Source of the DNA: Patescibacteria group bacterium
GTDB lineage: Bacteria; Patescibacteriota; Patescibacteriia; UBA1558; GWA2-36-10
Direction: 5' to 3'
Assembly (NCBI GenBank): GCA_041665505.1
Contig: JBAYIR010000002.1
Coordinates: 75,602 to 139,601, forward strand
DNA: 64,000 nt
Position numbers and translations under genes: made by a program. The stretch's first letter is position 1, and each line of letters opens with the position of its first letter. The notes under the pieces were generated by a model, which was given only the letters and a program-made list of their open reading frames with translations, had not been told where the DNA came from and did not search any database. Shown piece after piece: positions 12,812-23,224 of the stretch.

Positions 12812-12968
12812 TATCTACTTCCGCCCAGACCTCAGTAGATTGCCCTCTTTATAATCAAATAACAGTCCCCGTAACTATTCAAATTTGAACATAGTGAAAA
12901 TGAAGAATAGTGAAGAAGGACAAGACAATATCGTTGACTATGGTAACACGGATTTCATAACAAGTCAA
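12812..12968 (-). promoter_or_regulatory. promoter plus structured non-coding leader or sRNA upstream of uvrA
   Basis: TTGACT(12963-68)-17-TACCAT(12940-45); paired segments ACTATTC/GAATAGT and GTCC/GGAC; distal ATCTACT..AGTAGAT hairpin. Confidence 0.4.
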
Positions 12969-12996
12969 TAATTAGAGTATCAAGGGCAAAATTAAA

Positions 12997-13018
12997 GGGA
13001 GCCGGTGAGGGCCCCCTA
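12997..13018 (-). terminator. GC-rich terminator of islet 1
   Basis: Minus strand AGGGGGCC-ctcacc-GGCTCCCT followed by TTAATTTT. Confidence 0.6.
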
Positions 13019-13042
13019 GATTTCTCGACCACAAAGCCCGCT

Positions 13043-13459
13043 CTAGTACAGGATATCATCTTCCGATAACTCATTACGGAGCACGGGCACCAGCCGACGT
13101 GGCCGCGTGATCGTGTCACACGAGGGCTTGGGTTGTGATTCAGGTTTGGGTTCAGGCTTGAACTTCGGCGGATTGGCCTTGGCTGGTGGTAAGGCATCCA
13201 AACCCTTGAAGCCACGATTAACAGCATTGCGGATACGCTGAATATGAAACTTCTTCTCCTCCACGGTCCAAGGACCACGACTGTTGAGCTTGATAAACAG
13301 GTCCCGCAAATGCTTGCACTTGCCACGAGACCGACGAGGCTGGCGACGCGAAACACGTTTAGAAGGGTCATAACGACGTTCAGAGTGGGTTATAGGTGCA
13401 AACTTGGACTTGCCACGGCTGCGCCGAAGCGGACGGTAGGTGGCACTCTTAAGAGACAT
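13043..13459 (-). CDS. GC-rich orphan, highly basic protein (islet 1)
   Basis: TAAGGAG SD at 13467-13473 places the start at MSLK (13459); RRSRGK occurs twice; Pro/Lys-rich tail; sampled line 13321-13380 is 34/60 GC. Confidence 0.65.
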   Translation of the reverse strand: MSLKSATYRPLRRSRGKSKFAPITHSERRYDPSKRVSRRQPRRSRGKCKHLRDLFIKLNSRGPWTVEEKKFHIQRIRNAVNRGFKGLDALPPAKANPPKFKPEPKPESQPKPSCDTITRPRRLVPVLRNELSEDDILY

Positions 13460-13481
13460 GCTGTTACTCCTTATGGCCTGA

Positions 13482-13538
13482 GTGAAGAACATCCTGGGAA
13501 AACAAAAATATATTATAATTGCTAAGCCTAATTGTCAA
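13482..13538 (-). promoter_or_regulatory. islet 1 promoter and boxA-like motif
   Basis: TTGACA(13533-38)-17-TAATAT(13510-15); GTTCTTCAC at 13482-13490. Confidence 0.6.
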
Positions 13539-13647
13539 TTTTTAAACTAAGCATTAATCTACTAAATATTGCTAAATTAAGCCTAAAGTTGACAAAAAGA
13601 GCTTTATCTGTTAGTATGGGGTAGTTATTTATTACTTCTCATAAACA

Positions 13648-13866
13648 ATGAAAAACTTAATCTATATTATTCAAATTGTGATTTCCATCCTTTTGATGAT
13701 CAGTATTTTGCTCCAACAAAAAGGATCTGGCCTAGGAGCTGGTTTCGGCGGCGAAGGCACTGTTTACCGTACCAAGAGAGGCGCTGAAAAATTTATTTTC
13801 AAATTTACAATTGTCTTAGCTGTTTTATTTTTGGCCACCTCCTTGGCTAATTTATTTATCGAATAG
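13648..13866 (+). CDS. secG: preprotein translocase subunit SecG
   Basis: ILLQQKGSGLGAGFGG..TKRGAEK motif; 2 TM. Confidence 0.95.
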   Translation: MKNLIYIIQIVISILLMISILLQQKGSGLGAGFGGEGTVYRTKRGAEKFIFKFTIVLAVLFLATSLANLFIE

Positions 13867-13922
13867 CTATTTTTAATAATTAAAACAAAAATATAAAGAT
13901 CCCCTCTAAAATTAAAAGTTTT

Positions 13923-15767
13923 TTGATTTTTACAAAAAATAAAAGTCAAAATATCTTTGGCTATTTTTTGTCTTTGATTAAAATTGGTAAAGATAAGCTG
14001 GCTTTAAATGAAGAAACTGATGTTAATCAGCAACTGATAATACAGCTCAACAAAAAGAAAATTCCTAACTTAGGACAGCTAAAACAATTACCAAAGTTCC
14101 TTAATAAAAAAGAAAAACTCCAATTGACCCTAGCCTTGGCTATATTTATAATATCCAGTTTTGGTGTTGCTTGGCGTTTTTATCTAAAGAGTTCAAATAC
14201 TGTCCCCGACTACGGCGGTACTTATATTGAAGGTATGATTGGTGTACCAAATTTGGTCAATCCTATACTAGCTACCAGTGATGTGGATAGAGACCTGACT
14301 AAATTGATATTTTCAGGTCTGATGAAGCAAGATGGTTCTAATCAACTAGTACCTGATTTGGCTAGTGGCTATAGTATAGACGCCAGTCAAACTACTTATA
14401 CTTTTGAGTTGCGCGATGATTTGCGCTGGCACGATGGAGAGCCTATCACTGCTCAAGATGTCTTATTTACTATCGCCAACATCAAAAATCCCGAATACAA
14501 AAGTCCTTTTAAAAATAGTTTCAATGGCGTCAGTGTCCAAGCTATCAATGATAGTACTATTCAATTTAAGTTAGAAAAACCTTTTAGTCCTTTTCTATCA
14601 ATTTTGACTATTGGTATTTTACCTGAACATCTTTGGTATTCCATTCCTGCTTTTGGTGCTAATTTAGCTGATTTAAATATCAAGCCAATTGGTTCTGGAC
14701 CATACAAATTCAAATCCCTGACTAGAGAAAGTAGTGGCAGTATCAAATCATACGTTCTAGAATCATACGAAGATTATCATCTAGCTAGAGCCTACATCAA
14801 TGAATTAAGTTTTAAATTCTACCCTGATTTTGAAACAGCGGTGACTGCTTTGCAAAACAAAAATGTAGATGGACTTATTTACCTGCCAAAAGAATACAAA
14901 GAACAGCTAAAAAATTCCAAAATCACTTTGCACAACCTACAATTTCCTCAATACACCGCCTTATTTTTCAATCCCAAAAATAATAATCTGCTAAATGATA
15001 ATAGTTTCCGCCAAGCCCTGTCTTTGGCTGTAGATAAACAAAGAATACTTGATGAAGTATTATATGATGATGGACAAATAATACATGGTCCTATTTTACC
15101 TGGCCTGCTAGGTTATAATAGTGAACTTAAAGCTGAGGATTATAACGTTGATAAAGCCAAAGAAATCTTAGATGGTTTAAAATGGCCGATGCCAGCTGAA
15201 GGAAATTTCCGCACCCAAACTAAAGATGATCAAAGCACCGAATTGAGCATCAAAATAAGCACCATTGACCAAGCTGAAAATGTGAAAATAGCTTCCATTA
15301 TTCAAGAAAATTGGCAAAGTATAGGCATCAAAACTGAATTAGATATTGTCTCCAAAGATAAAATAAAAAAAGACAGAATTGATGGACGTGATTATCAAGT
15401 ATTAATCTTTGGCCAAGTAATAAATACTAACTCTGGACCTTACCCCTTTTGGCATTCTAGCCAAAATACCAATCCGGGGCTAAACCTGAGTGTCCTGGCC
15501 AACAAAGATATCGATAGCTACCTAGATACAATACGTAATGCCCCAAATGAAGCAACGGCTTTAGAACCGCTACAAAAATTTCAAGAAAAATTATTGGATT
15601 TAAATTTTGCTATATTTTTATATAATCCTACTTACACTTATCCTATCGCTGATAAATTAAAAGGCTTAGAAGACCTAAAATTTATTAATTTACCAGCTGA
15701 TAGATTCAACAACATCACGTCTTGGTATATAAAAACCAAACGTATGTTATCACGTAATGATTCTTAA
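13923..15767 (+). CDS. peptide ABC transporter substrate-binding protein (family 5, OppA-like); true start uncertain
   Basis: LIFSGLM..PDLA, WHDGEPITAQDVLFT and PIGSGPYKF motifs. Confidence 0.88.
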   Translation: MIFTKNKSQNIFGYFLSLIKIGKDKLALNEETDVNQQLIIQLNKKKIPNLGQLKQLPKFLNKKEKLQLTLALAIFIISSFGVAWRFYLKSSNTVPDYGGTYIEGMIGVPNLVNPILATSDVDRDLTKLIFSGLMKQDGSNQLVPDLASGYSIDASQTTYTFELRDDLRWHDGEPITAQDVLFTIANIKNPEYKSPFKNSFNGVSVQAINDSTIQFKLEKPFSPFLSILTIGILPEHLWYSIPAFGANLADLNIKPIGSGPYKFKSLTRESSGSIKSYVLESYEDYHLARAYINELSFKFYPDFETAVTALQNKNVDGLIYLPKEYKEQLKNSKITLHNLQFPQYTALFFNPKNNNLLNDNSFRQALSLAVDKQRILDEVLYDDGQIIHGPILPGLLGYNSELKAEDYNVDKAKEILDGLKWPMPAEGNFRTQTKDDQSTELSIKISTIDQAENVKIASIIQENWQSIGIKTELDIVSKDKIKKDRIDGRDYQVLIFGQVINTNSGPYPFWHSSQNTNPGLNLSVLANKDIDSYLDTIRNAPNEATALEPLQKFQEKLLDLNFAIFLYNPTYTYPIADKLKGLEDLKFINLPADRFNNITSWYIKTKRMLSRNDS

Positions 15768-15804
15768 ATCTTACGAACTAATTAACTAAAAATTATAAAC
15801 TGTT

Positions 15805-17841
15805 ATGAATGCAATGAAAGATTCGACCGATAATTTATTATCCGGCGCTAATCATGCTAATAAACCTAGTCGCCCAGATGGTGCTACTAGTAAAAGAAAA
15901 TACCCTAAAAAAAGGGTAAATATTAATCGTACTAAACATAAAACAAATCAAAGAACTCATCTAGATACTAGACCAGCTCCTAAAAATGTGAGCCCAGTGG
16001 GTCACGCTAGGCATCAGGAAGTCAAAAATATCAAGGCTCCCACTCAATTAAATCAGACCCCAGTTGGTGCTACTGCTATTAAAGCACCACATCAAACATC
16101 ACACCGAAAAAACAACCGTTCACTCAAACATCAAGATAGTGAAAGAAATAAAACTAGAAATGTTAAGGCTTTGGGTGCTAACAAACTGAGAATTATTCCT
16201 CTGGGTGGTTGTGAAGAAGTCGGTCGCAATATGACTGTCTTTGAATATGGCTCTGACATAATTATTATTGATATGGGTTTGCAGTGGCCAGAAGAAGATA
16301 TGCCAGGTATTGATTATATCATTCCCAATGTTTCCTATCTCAAAGGCAAAGAAAAAAATATCCGCGGTGTGATTATCACCCACGGTCACTATGACCATAT
16401 TGGTGCTATTCCTCATTTGATTCCTAAATTGGGTCATCCCACTATTTATGGTACTCCTCTAACCTTGGGTATTATTGCCAAACGTCAAGAAGATTTCAAA
16501 GGTGAAAAAGCTCTTAAACTAGCTTCTATTACCACAGCCAATAAATTGGTCTTGGGTAAATTTAGAATAAGTTTTTTTGGTGTCAGTCACAATATCCCCG
16601 GATCAGTCGGTGTCATCATTGATACTCCAGTCGGCAAAGTAGTCCATACTGGTGACTTTAAGCTTGATGCCAAAGCTTCTGGAGATGCTCCTACTGAAAT
16701 TGCCAAAATAGAAGCTCTAGGTAAACAAAATGTCATTGCTTTAATGGCTGACTCTACCAATGCTCCTCATACTGGACATCAATTGACTGAAGGCGATATC
16801 CAAAGCAATATTGATGAAATATTGACTCAGGCTCCTGGTCGAACCATAGTCGGCACTTTTGCCTCACTACTTGGTAGAATACAACAAATTATTTGGGCGG
16901 CTGAAAAAATAAATAAAAAAGTAGTGATTGAAGGATTCTCCATGAAAAGAAACGTGGAGTTGGCTCAAGAGTTGGGCTATATGAAAGTCAAAAAAGGCAC
17001 TATCATCCAACTCAAAGACATGAAGAGCTACCCAGACAACAAAATTATTATCATGTGTACTGGTGCTCAAGGTGAAGACAATGCAGTTCTCATGCGTATT
17101 GCTACCAACGAGCATCGTAGCCTCAAAGTAGAAAAAGGAGACACGATAGTATTTTCTTCCTCAGTCATTCCTGGTAATGAAAGATCAGTCCAAAGACTAA
17201 AAGATAATCTCTATAGAAAAGGAGCTGAGGTAATCAACTACAAAATGATGGACGTCCACGCTGGTGGACACGCCAAGCAAGAAGATTTGCTGGAAATGAT
17301 CCAAATGGTCAAACCAAAATATCATATTCCAGTTTATGGTAACCACTCTTTCTTAAAAATTCACGGCAAAGTCGCCCAACGGGCTGGCATTCCTGAAGAA
17401 AGAATCTTTATTCCTGACAACGGCCAGATTATTGAATTTGACGCCCACGGCAACGGTATATTAACCAAAGAAAAAACCAATTCCGAATACATCTTTGTTG
17501 ATGGTCTGGGTGTGGGTGATGTTTCTCATGTTGTCTTGCGTGATCGCCAGATGATGGCTGAAGATGGCATGGTAGTCGTGATTGCTACTATTGGCAAAAA
17601 CGGCAAGTTGATTCATTCACCTGATATTATATCGCGTGGCTTTATCTACATGAGAGAAAACAAAGAAATTGTAGAAACTATTCGCACCAAGGTAAAAAAT
17701 ATCGTCAATGAACACAACAAAACCAACGGTAAAATAAATGATACCTATATCAAAGAATCACTGAGAAATGATCTAGGACAATTTATCTTCCAAAAAACCA
17801 AAAGAAGACCGATGATACTACCGGTAGTAATAGAAGTATAA
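15805..17841 (+). CDS. rnj: ribonuclease J with long basic low-complexity N-terminus
   Basis: PLGGCEEVGRNM, THGHYDHIGA, VHAGGHA and RRPMILPVV motifs. Confidence 0.96.
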   Translation: MNAMKDSTDNLLSGANHANKPSRPDGATSKRKYPKKRVNINRTKHKTNQRTHLDTRPAPKNVSPVGHARHQEVKNIKAPTQLNQTPVGATAIKAPHQTSHRKNNRSLKHQDSERNKTRNVKALGANKLRIIPLGGCEEVGRNMTVFEYGSDIIIIDMGLQWPEEDMPGIDYIIPNVSYLKGKEKNIRGVIITHGHYDHIGAIPHLIPKLGHPTIYGTPLTLGIIAKRQEDFKGEKALKLASITTANKLVLGKFRISFFGVSHNIPGSVGVIIDTPVGKVVHTGDFKLDAKASGDAPTEIAKIEALGKQNVIALMADSTNAPHTGHQLTEGDIQSNIDEILTQAPGRTIVGTFASLLGRIQQIIWAAEKINKKVVIEGFSMKRNVELAQELGYMKVKKGTIIQLKDMKSYPDNKIIIMCTGAQGEDNAVLMRIATNEHRSLKVEKGDTIVFSSSVIPGNERSVQRLKDNLYRKGAEVINYKMMDVHAGGHAKQEDLLEMIQMVKPKYHIPVYGNHSFLKIHGKVAQRAGIPEERIFIPDNGQIIEFDAHGNGILTKEKTNSEYIFVDGLGVGDVSHVVLRDRQMMAEDGMVVVIATIGKNGKLIHSPDIISRGFIYMRENKEIVETIRTKVKNIVNEHNKTNGKINDTYIKESLRNDLGQFIFQKTKRRPMILPVVIEV

Positions 17842-17925
17842 AATAATAAGCCTCAAGTTGACCTTGGGGCTTTATTTAGATAAAATGAAGCTAAGTATAA
17901 AATAAATCTCTGATTAATAAGCAAA

Positions 17926-18909
17926 ATGAATAATAAAAAAATGCCTTTAAGTGGCAAAAAAACATTATTTTCTGGCATTCAACCAACTGGCAATCTCCAT
18001 TTGGGAAATTATCTAGGGGCCATTAAAAATTGGGTGGAACTACAAGAAAAATATCAATGTATTTTTTCCATTGTTGACTTGCATGCACTAAGCTCCAATA
18101 TAGAAGCGCAGAAAATGAGAAGTAATATCTTTGAGCTAGCTGTTGATCTTTTGGCCCTAGGTATTAATCCCAAAAAATCTATTTTATTTCAACAATCAAA
18201 AGTAGCTGAACACACTGAATTGACTTGGATTTTTAATTGCCTGACTCCAGTAGCTGAGTTAGAAAGAATGACTCAATTCAAAGATAAAGCTAAAGAGCAA
18301 ATTAGCAATATCAACGCCGGACTTTTTGATTATCCAGTGCTCATGGCCGCTGATATTTTATTGTACAAAGCTGAGTTTATTCCTGTGGGTGAAGACCAAA
18401 TTCAGCACGTAGAATTGACTAGGATTATTACCAAAAAATTTAATAATCGTTTTGGTCAATATTTTCCTGAAGCTCAAGCCATACTATCTCCAGCCAAAAG
18501 ACTAATGGCTTTAAATAACCCGGCTAAAAAAATGAGCAAATCTTTGGGAGAGGCTAGTTATATTGCTATCAGAGATAGTGAGGAGACTATCAAACAAAAA
18601 ATAAAAAAAGCAGTCACTGATGAAACAGGTGTTAAAAATCTGCTAGAGCTCTATAGTTATTTTGGTGATGAAAGCAAGCATAAAAAAATGCTCAGCCAAC
18701 ATCAAGAAGGAAAATTAATGAATGTTGAATTAAAAGAAGAACTGACTAAAGCTATTATCACTTTCCTTACCCCTGTACAGAAAAAAATCAAAGCCCTAGA
18801 AAAAAATCCTAAACAAGTTGAAAAAATTCTAGCTGATGGAGCAAAGCGAGCCCAAAAAATCGCTAAACAAAATATGACAGCCATTAGAAAAATAGTAGGT
18901 CTAAGATAA
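17926..18909 (+). CDS. trpS: tryptophanyl-tRNA synthetase
   Basis: SGIQPTGNLHLGNY, YPVLMAADILLY, VGEDQ and KMSKS motifs. Confidence 0.98.
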   Translation: MNNKKMPLSGKKTLFSGIQPTGNLHLGNYLGAIKNWVELQEKYQCIFSIVDLHALSSNIEAQKMRSNIFELAVDLLALGINPKKSILFQQSKVAEHTELTWIFNCLTPVAELERMTQFKDKAKEQISNINAGLFDYPVLMAADILLYKAEFIPVGEDQIQHVELTRIITKKFNNRFGQYFPEAQAILSPAKRLMALNNPAKKMSKSLGEASYIAIRDSEETIKQKIKKAVTDETGVKNLLELYSYFGDESKHKKMLSQHQEGKLMNVELKEELTKAIITFLTPVQKKIKALEKNPKQVEKILADGAKRAQKIAKQNMTAIRKIVGLR

Positions 18910-18911
18910 AC

Positions 18912-18945
18912 AAAAAATCCCCCAGAACTCTGGGGGATTTTTTTT
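18912..18945. terminator. bidirectional terminator between trpS and ldh
   Basis: AAAAAATCCCCCAG-aact-CTGGGGGATTTTTT. Confidence 0.85.
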
Positions 18946-18960
18946 ATTTTACTAAATTAT

Positions 18961-19890
18961 TTATTTTAATTTGGCGATAGACTTAATAGCTTGTTTAATC
19001 ACCTTGGCTGATTTGATAAAATTGGCTTTTTCCAATTTTGACAGTTGCAGTGGCAGTTCTCCGACAATACCACCTTTACCAACTATAACCGGCGTACTCA
19101 AACAAACATCTTTGACTCCATAAATATTGTTTATCAAATGAGAGACTGACAAAACTGTCCGCTTGTCATGCAAAATGGAACTGATAATATAAGCCCCCGC
19201 TGAACCAATACCATAATAAGTAGATTGCTTGCCAGAAATAATAGCATAAGCAGCATTTTTGGCTTTGAAAAATAAATCTTTTTTATCTTGCTCACTCAAA
19301 TGCTTGTAAGTATCTAAACTGACATTTCCTACACTAGCTGTGCTCCAAACCGGAAATTCACTGTCACCATGCTCACCCATGATATAAGCGTGAATACTCT
19401 GAGTATTGATATCTAATTTTTCACTCAAAAGATGCCTCAGGCGAGCAGAATCAAGAGTGGTACCACTACCTATAATCTGTTTCTGCTTCTTGGGAAACAT
19501 AGAAATAGCCACATAAGTCAAAACATCTACCGGATTGGTAATCATTAGTATCACGGCCTGGGGATTGGCTTTAAAAATTTGTGGCACAATCTCTTTGATA
19601 ATTTTGGTATTTTTGCCTATCAAATCTAGACGAGTCTCCCCTGGCTTTTGCGCCGCTCCACAAGTAATCACTACCACATCACTATCTTTACAATCATTAT
19701 AAGTGCCGACTTTGACATTGGTATTTCTAGTAAAAGGCGCGCCGTGCTGTAAATCCATCACCTGAGCCTTGGCTAATTTTTTGTTGACATCTATCAAAGC
19801 CACCTCTTCGGCAATATCTTGGACTACTAGACTATAAGCCAGTGTGGAGCCGACCATGCCTGCTCCAACAATTGAGACTTTATTTTTCAT
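18961..19890 (-). CDS. ldh: L-lactate dehydrogenase
   Basis: GAGMVG, GAAQKPGETRLDL, NPVD, GTTLDSAR and GEHGDS motifs. Confidence 0.95.
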   Translation of the reverse strand: MKNKVSIVGAGMVGSTLAYSLVVQDIAEEVALIDVNKKLAKAQVMDLQHGAPFTRNTNVKVGTYNDCKDSDVVVITCGAAQKPGETRLDLIGKNTKIIKEIVPQIFKANPQAVILMITNPVDVLTYVAISMFPKKQKQIIGSGTTLDSARLRHLLSEKLDINTQSIHAYIMGEHGDSEFPVWSTASVGNVSLDTYKHLSEQDKKDLFFKAKNAAYAIISGKQSTYYGIGSAGAYIISSILHDKRTVLSVSHLINNIYGVKDVCLSTPVIVGKGGIVGELPLQLSKLEKANFIKSAKVIKQAIKSIAKLK

Positions 19891-19918
19891 ATATATTTTA
19901 TATATTATTTATAAATAA

Positions 19919-20668
19919 TTATTTTTTAATATTGTGATTTTCAAAAGCTCTCAGAATCTCTAGTGGTACTGCAAACACAATAGTGTTGGAAGCATCTGAA
20001 GAAATATCATTGATAGATTGCAATGTTCTTAAGTGTAAAGCACCAGTGGAAGCAGACAACATCTGAGCAGCCTTGGCCATGTTTTCGGCTGCTGCTACTT
20101 CTCCTTCGGCTTTGATAATCACTGCTCTCTTCTCGCGCTCAGCTTCAGCTTGTTTGGCAATAGTTCTCTGCATATCTTTTGGTAGCTCAATGTGCTTCAA
20201 ATCAACTGAAGAAACCTTAATACCCCAAGGATCGGTAGCTTGGTCAACAATCTGTTGAATCTTATCAGACACTTGGTCTCTATTGGCCAAGAGTTCATCC
20301 AAGCTGACTGAACCGACTACATCACGCATAGTAGTTTGAGCCAATTGAGAAACTGCGTAGAAAAAATCCTCTACTTCCAAAAAAGCTTTTTCAGCAGAGA
20401 TAACTTTATAATACAAAACCGCGTTGACATTGACCGAGACATTGTCTTTGGTGATAGCATCTTGATCAGGTACATCTACTGCTTTGACCCTAATATCTAC
20501 TTTGTGCATGCTTTGGAAAATTGGCCAAACAATAGTCCAACCAGGTAGTGACGTCTGATGGTAGCGTCCTCTTAAAAATTTGATGCCTCTTTCATACTGA
20601 TTAACTTGACGCACTGAAATCAAAACAATGAATAAAAATAAAATGATTAGAAAAATAATAAACGGCAT
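19919..20668 (-). CDS. SPFH/stomatin (slipin) family protein
   Basis: ITKDNVSV, AQTTMRDVVG and QAEAEREKRA motifs. Confidence 0.93.
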   Translation of the reverse strand: MPFIIFLIILFLFIVLISVRQVNQYERGIKFLRGRYHQTSLPGWTIVWPIFQSMHKVDIRVKAVDVPDQDAITKDNVSVNVNAVLYYKVISAEKAFLEVEDFFYAVSQLAQTTMRDVVGSVSLDELLANRDQVSDKIQQIVDQATDPWGIKVSSVDLKHIELPKDMQRTIAKQAEAEREKRAVIIKAEGEVAAAENMAKAAQMLSASTGALHLRTLQSINDISSDASNTIVFAVPLEILRAFENHNIKK

Positions 20669-20690
20669 AATTTTATATTTTAATGATTAA

Positions 20691-22091
20691 TTATTTTCTC
20701 TCCGAGAAATCTATCAAACTCTCCAACTCCTCTACTTTTTCCGCTAATAGTTTTTTGGTCTTGGCTTCAATAGTCAAACGAAGCAAGGGTTCAGTATTTG
20801 ATGGTCGGACATTAAACCACCAGTCTGCAAATTCTACTGTAATACCATCCATTTCATCTAAAATATTTTCATGGTAATTATTCCTGATTTTATCCAATTC
20901 CAAATCAATATTTCCCACTGACAAATTTATTTCCTCACTCTTTTCGTAAATATGGAAATCTGCCATAATTTCTGACAAAGCTCGGCCATCCAAAGATACT
21001 GCCTGTAAGGCCAAAAGCATAGCTATAAAACCAGAGTCGGCGTAATAATTTTTAGCAAAAGCAAAATGAGCTGAAACCTCACCACTCATAATACCAGACT
21101 CTTCTCTCATATGACGAGCCATATTGCGATAACCAACTTCACTTCTAATAGTTCTACCTCCCCACTCTTTGACCAAATCTTTGACAGCATGAGAGCAAAT
21201 CAAATTGTAAACTACTCCTGCACCTGGATTTTTGGCTAAAATTGATTTGGCCAATAATAATAGCACCATATCCCCTTTCACAAAATTTCCCTTTTCATCA
21301 ACCAAAAACATCCTGTCACCATCCACATCAAATATCACTCCCAAATCAGCCTTAAGATCCAAAATCTTTTTGGCCAAAATATCATAAGAACCCTTGGTCA
21401 GTGGATTGGGGGCTCGTCCTTTAAAATCACTATCTAGTTCAGCAAAAATATGTACTAGTTCACAAGGTAATTTGCCAAAAATTTGAGGAATCATAATACC
21501 CGTCATTCCTCCACCAGTATCTACTACTACTTTAAGTGGCTTTATTTTTTTGGTGTCTACAAAAGATAATATATGATTTAAATGATCATCAAAAACATCT
21601 TTGCTATTTATTTGACCAAGTGACTCTTCAGCTTTAATAGGGAAATCCAAATCTTGTAGTACTTGGAGTAATTCTTTGCCGTTAATAAATTCAATACTAT
21701 CTTTGTACTCGGTATTTTTAATAGTCATCTTGAAACCACCATATTGTGGTGGATTATGAGAAGCTGTAGCCATAATACCCCCATCATATTTATAATGCCC
21801 CACGGCAAAATAATAATCATTGATAGAAAGCATACCTAGATCTTGGACCCTGACACCATATTTCAAAAATACTTTGACTACTTCATCCATCAAAGGCTGT
21901 GAAGAATGACGATTGTCCCGACAAACTGCCACCTCCAGATTTTTGATATCTTTGCCCAATTTTTTGGCCAAGACACTAAGATAAGACTGAGCTATCAAAG
22001 AAGTTGTTTGCTCATTTAGTTGCGAGGGATAAATACCCCTAATATCATAAGCCTTAAAAATACTAGTATCTATATTTTCTTTATAAGACAT
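20691..22091 (-). CDS. phosphomannomutase/phosphoglucomutase
   Basis: FKAYDIRG, TASHNP, FDVDGDR and RPSNTEP motifs. Confidence 0.95.
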   Translation of the reverse strand: MSYKENIDTSIFKAYDIRGIYPSQLNEQTTSLIAQSYLSVLAKKLGKDIKNLEVAVCRDNRHSSQPLMDEVVKVFLKYGVRVQDLGMLSINDYYFAVGHYKYDGGIMATASHNPPQYGGFKMTIKNTEYKDSIEFINGKELLQVLQDLDFPIKAEESLGQINSKDVFDDHLNHILSFVDTKKIKPLKVVVDTGGGMTGIMIPQIFGKLPCELVHIFAELDSDFKGRAPNPLTKGSYDILAKKILDLKADLGVIFDVDGDRMFLVDEKGNFVKGDMVLLLLAKSILAKNPGAGVVYNLICSHAVKDLVKEWGGRTIRSEVGYRNMARHMREESGIMSGEVSAHFAFAKNYYADSGFIAMLLALQAVSLDGRALSEIMADFHIYEKSEEINLSVGNIDLELDKIRNNYHENILDEMDGITVEFADWWFNVRPSNTEPLLRLTIEAKTKKLLAEKVEELESLIDFSERK

Positions 22092-22093
22092 AA

Positions 22094-23224
22094 TTAATTT
22101 TCCTCTTTTTTAAATATAAGTATAAATGTTCCCCAAGCCATTATATACAAAACAGTGATAACTAGTGGACCAACAAAAGGAATATATTTTAAGATAATAA
22201 ATAAAAATATACCTAAAGCTAAAATACTTAAGTGTGGCCAATTTTTTTTGGCAAAAAGTTTGTCTTTGACAAATTTACCTATCATCCAAGCTACTAAGAT
22301 AGTAGCTAAATACAAAAGTATCGCCCACAAAATCATAGTAATGATAGCCAAAGGCAAACCAATGACACTAATAGCTACCAAAATAGCGGCGATAGGCGTA
22401 GCTACTAAAAGTAAAAAACCTTTGAGTAATGTTTGAGCTGGTTTTTTGTAAGCCCAGTAATAAGCACTAGAGAAAAATCTAGGCCAAAGACGAAAAGCAA
22501 TCATACCAATTATCAGCATACCAAAAAATTTGACAATTATACCCAAAGCCTTGTCCCTATCCATAATAGGCTTGGCTTCTTTGATAATTTGATTAAAAGC
22601 TAGACCACCGATTTGGGCCTTGTCATTTATATTTAATTTTTGCAAGGCTTGATAATACAAAGTGCCACCAATTTGAGCTTCATCACTAATATCAATAGCT
22701 ACTGCTGGACCATTGGACAAATAAATATCCAAATCTTTGGCTACTTGGCCACTGACTCTGATACTTTCCATAGCACCTTCCACTCGGCCACTGACTTGGC
22801 CAGCAATATTGGCCATCTGTCCCCAAAAACTCAAATGTCCAGCTAGCTTTGTCTCTGGTTCTAATTTTAGATTTTGACCAGCCACCATAGCATTGCCACT
22901 GACCTCAGCACTAATATTTATTTTTTCACCAGCCAAGCGCAGTGAGCCATTTATTTTACCTTTGATGTTGATGTTACTGCCAGCGGCAAAAACATCACCA
23001 TTAATATTTTCCGAATCAATAGTAATCATATCGCCAGCCACAAAAATATCGCCATTGACTGTGCCGTAAATTTCTACCACATTGCCAGCCACATAATAAT
23101 TGCCTTCTTGGATTTCTCCTTTTTCCAAAATAACCATATCGCCACTATGACCAGTCAAAGCCAAAGCTGCCATAGGCACGCTGAAAAATAGAGAAAAAAT
23201 CATTACTTTTATTACATTTTTCAT
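22094..23224 (-). CDS. polymer-forming cytoskeletal (bactofilin-like) repeat membrane protein
   Basis: Repeated V/I-x-G-D-x-x-x-A-G beta-helix motifs followed by a multi-TM C-terminus; start at MKNVIK. Confidence 0.7.
   Translation of the reverse strand: MKNVIKVMIFSLFFSVPMAALALTGHSGDMVILEKGEIQEGNYYVAGNVVEIYGTVNGDIFVAGDMITIDSENINGDVFAAGSNINIKGKINGSLRLAGEKINISAEVSGNAMVAGQNLKLEPETKLAGHLSFWGQMANIAGQVSGRVEGAMESIRVSGQVAKDLDIYLSNGPAVAIDISDEAQIGGTLYYQALQKLNINDKAQIGGLAFNQIIKEAKPIMDRDKALGIIVKFFGMLIIGMIAFRLWPRFFSSAYYWAYKKPAQTLLKGFLLLVATPIAAILVAISVIGLPLAIITMILWAILLYLATILVAWMIGKFVKDKLFAKKNWPHLSILALGIFLFIILKYIPFVGPLVITVLYIMAWGTFILIFKKEEN

Noticed and set aside
12955-13371. 138-aa alternative-frame ORF (and plus-strand ORF 13244..13525) overlapping islet 1
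   Set aside because: No SD, and it runs through the terminator hairpin; the SD-led frame 13043..13459 fits the promoter-terminator unit
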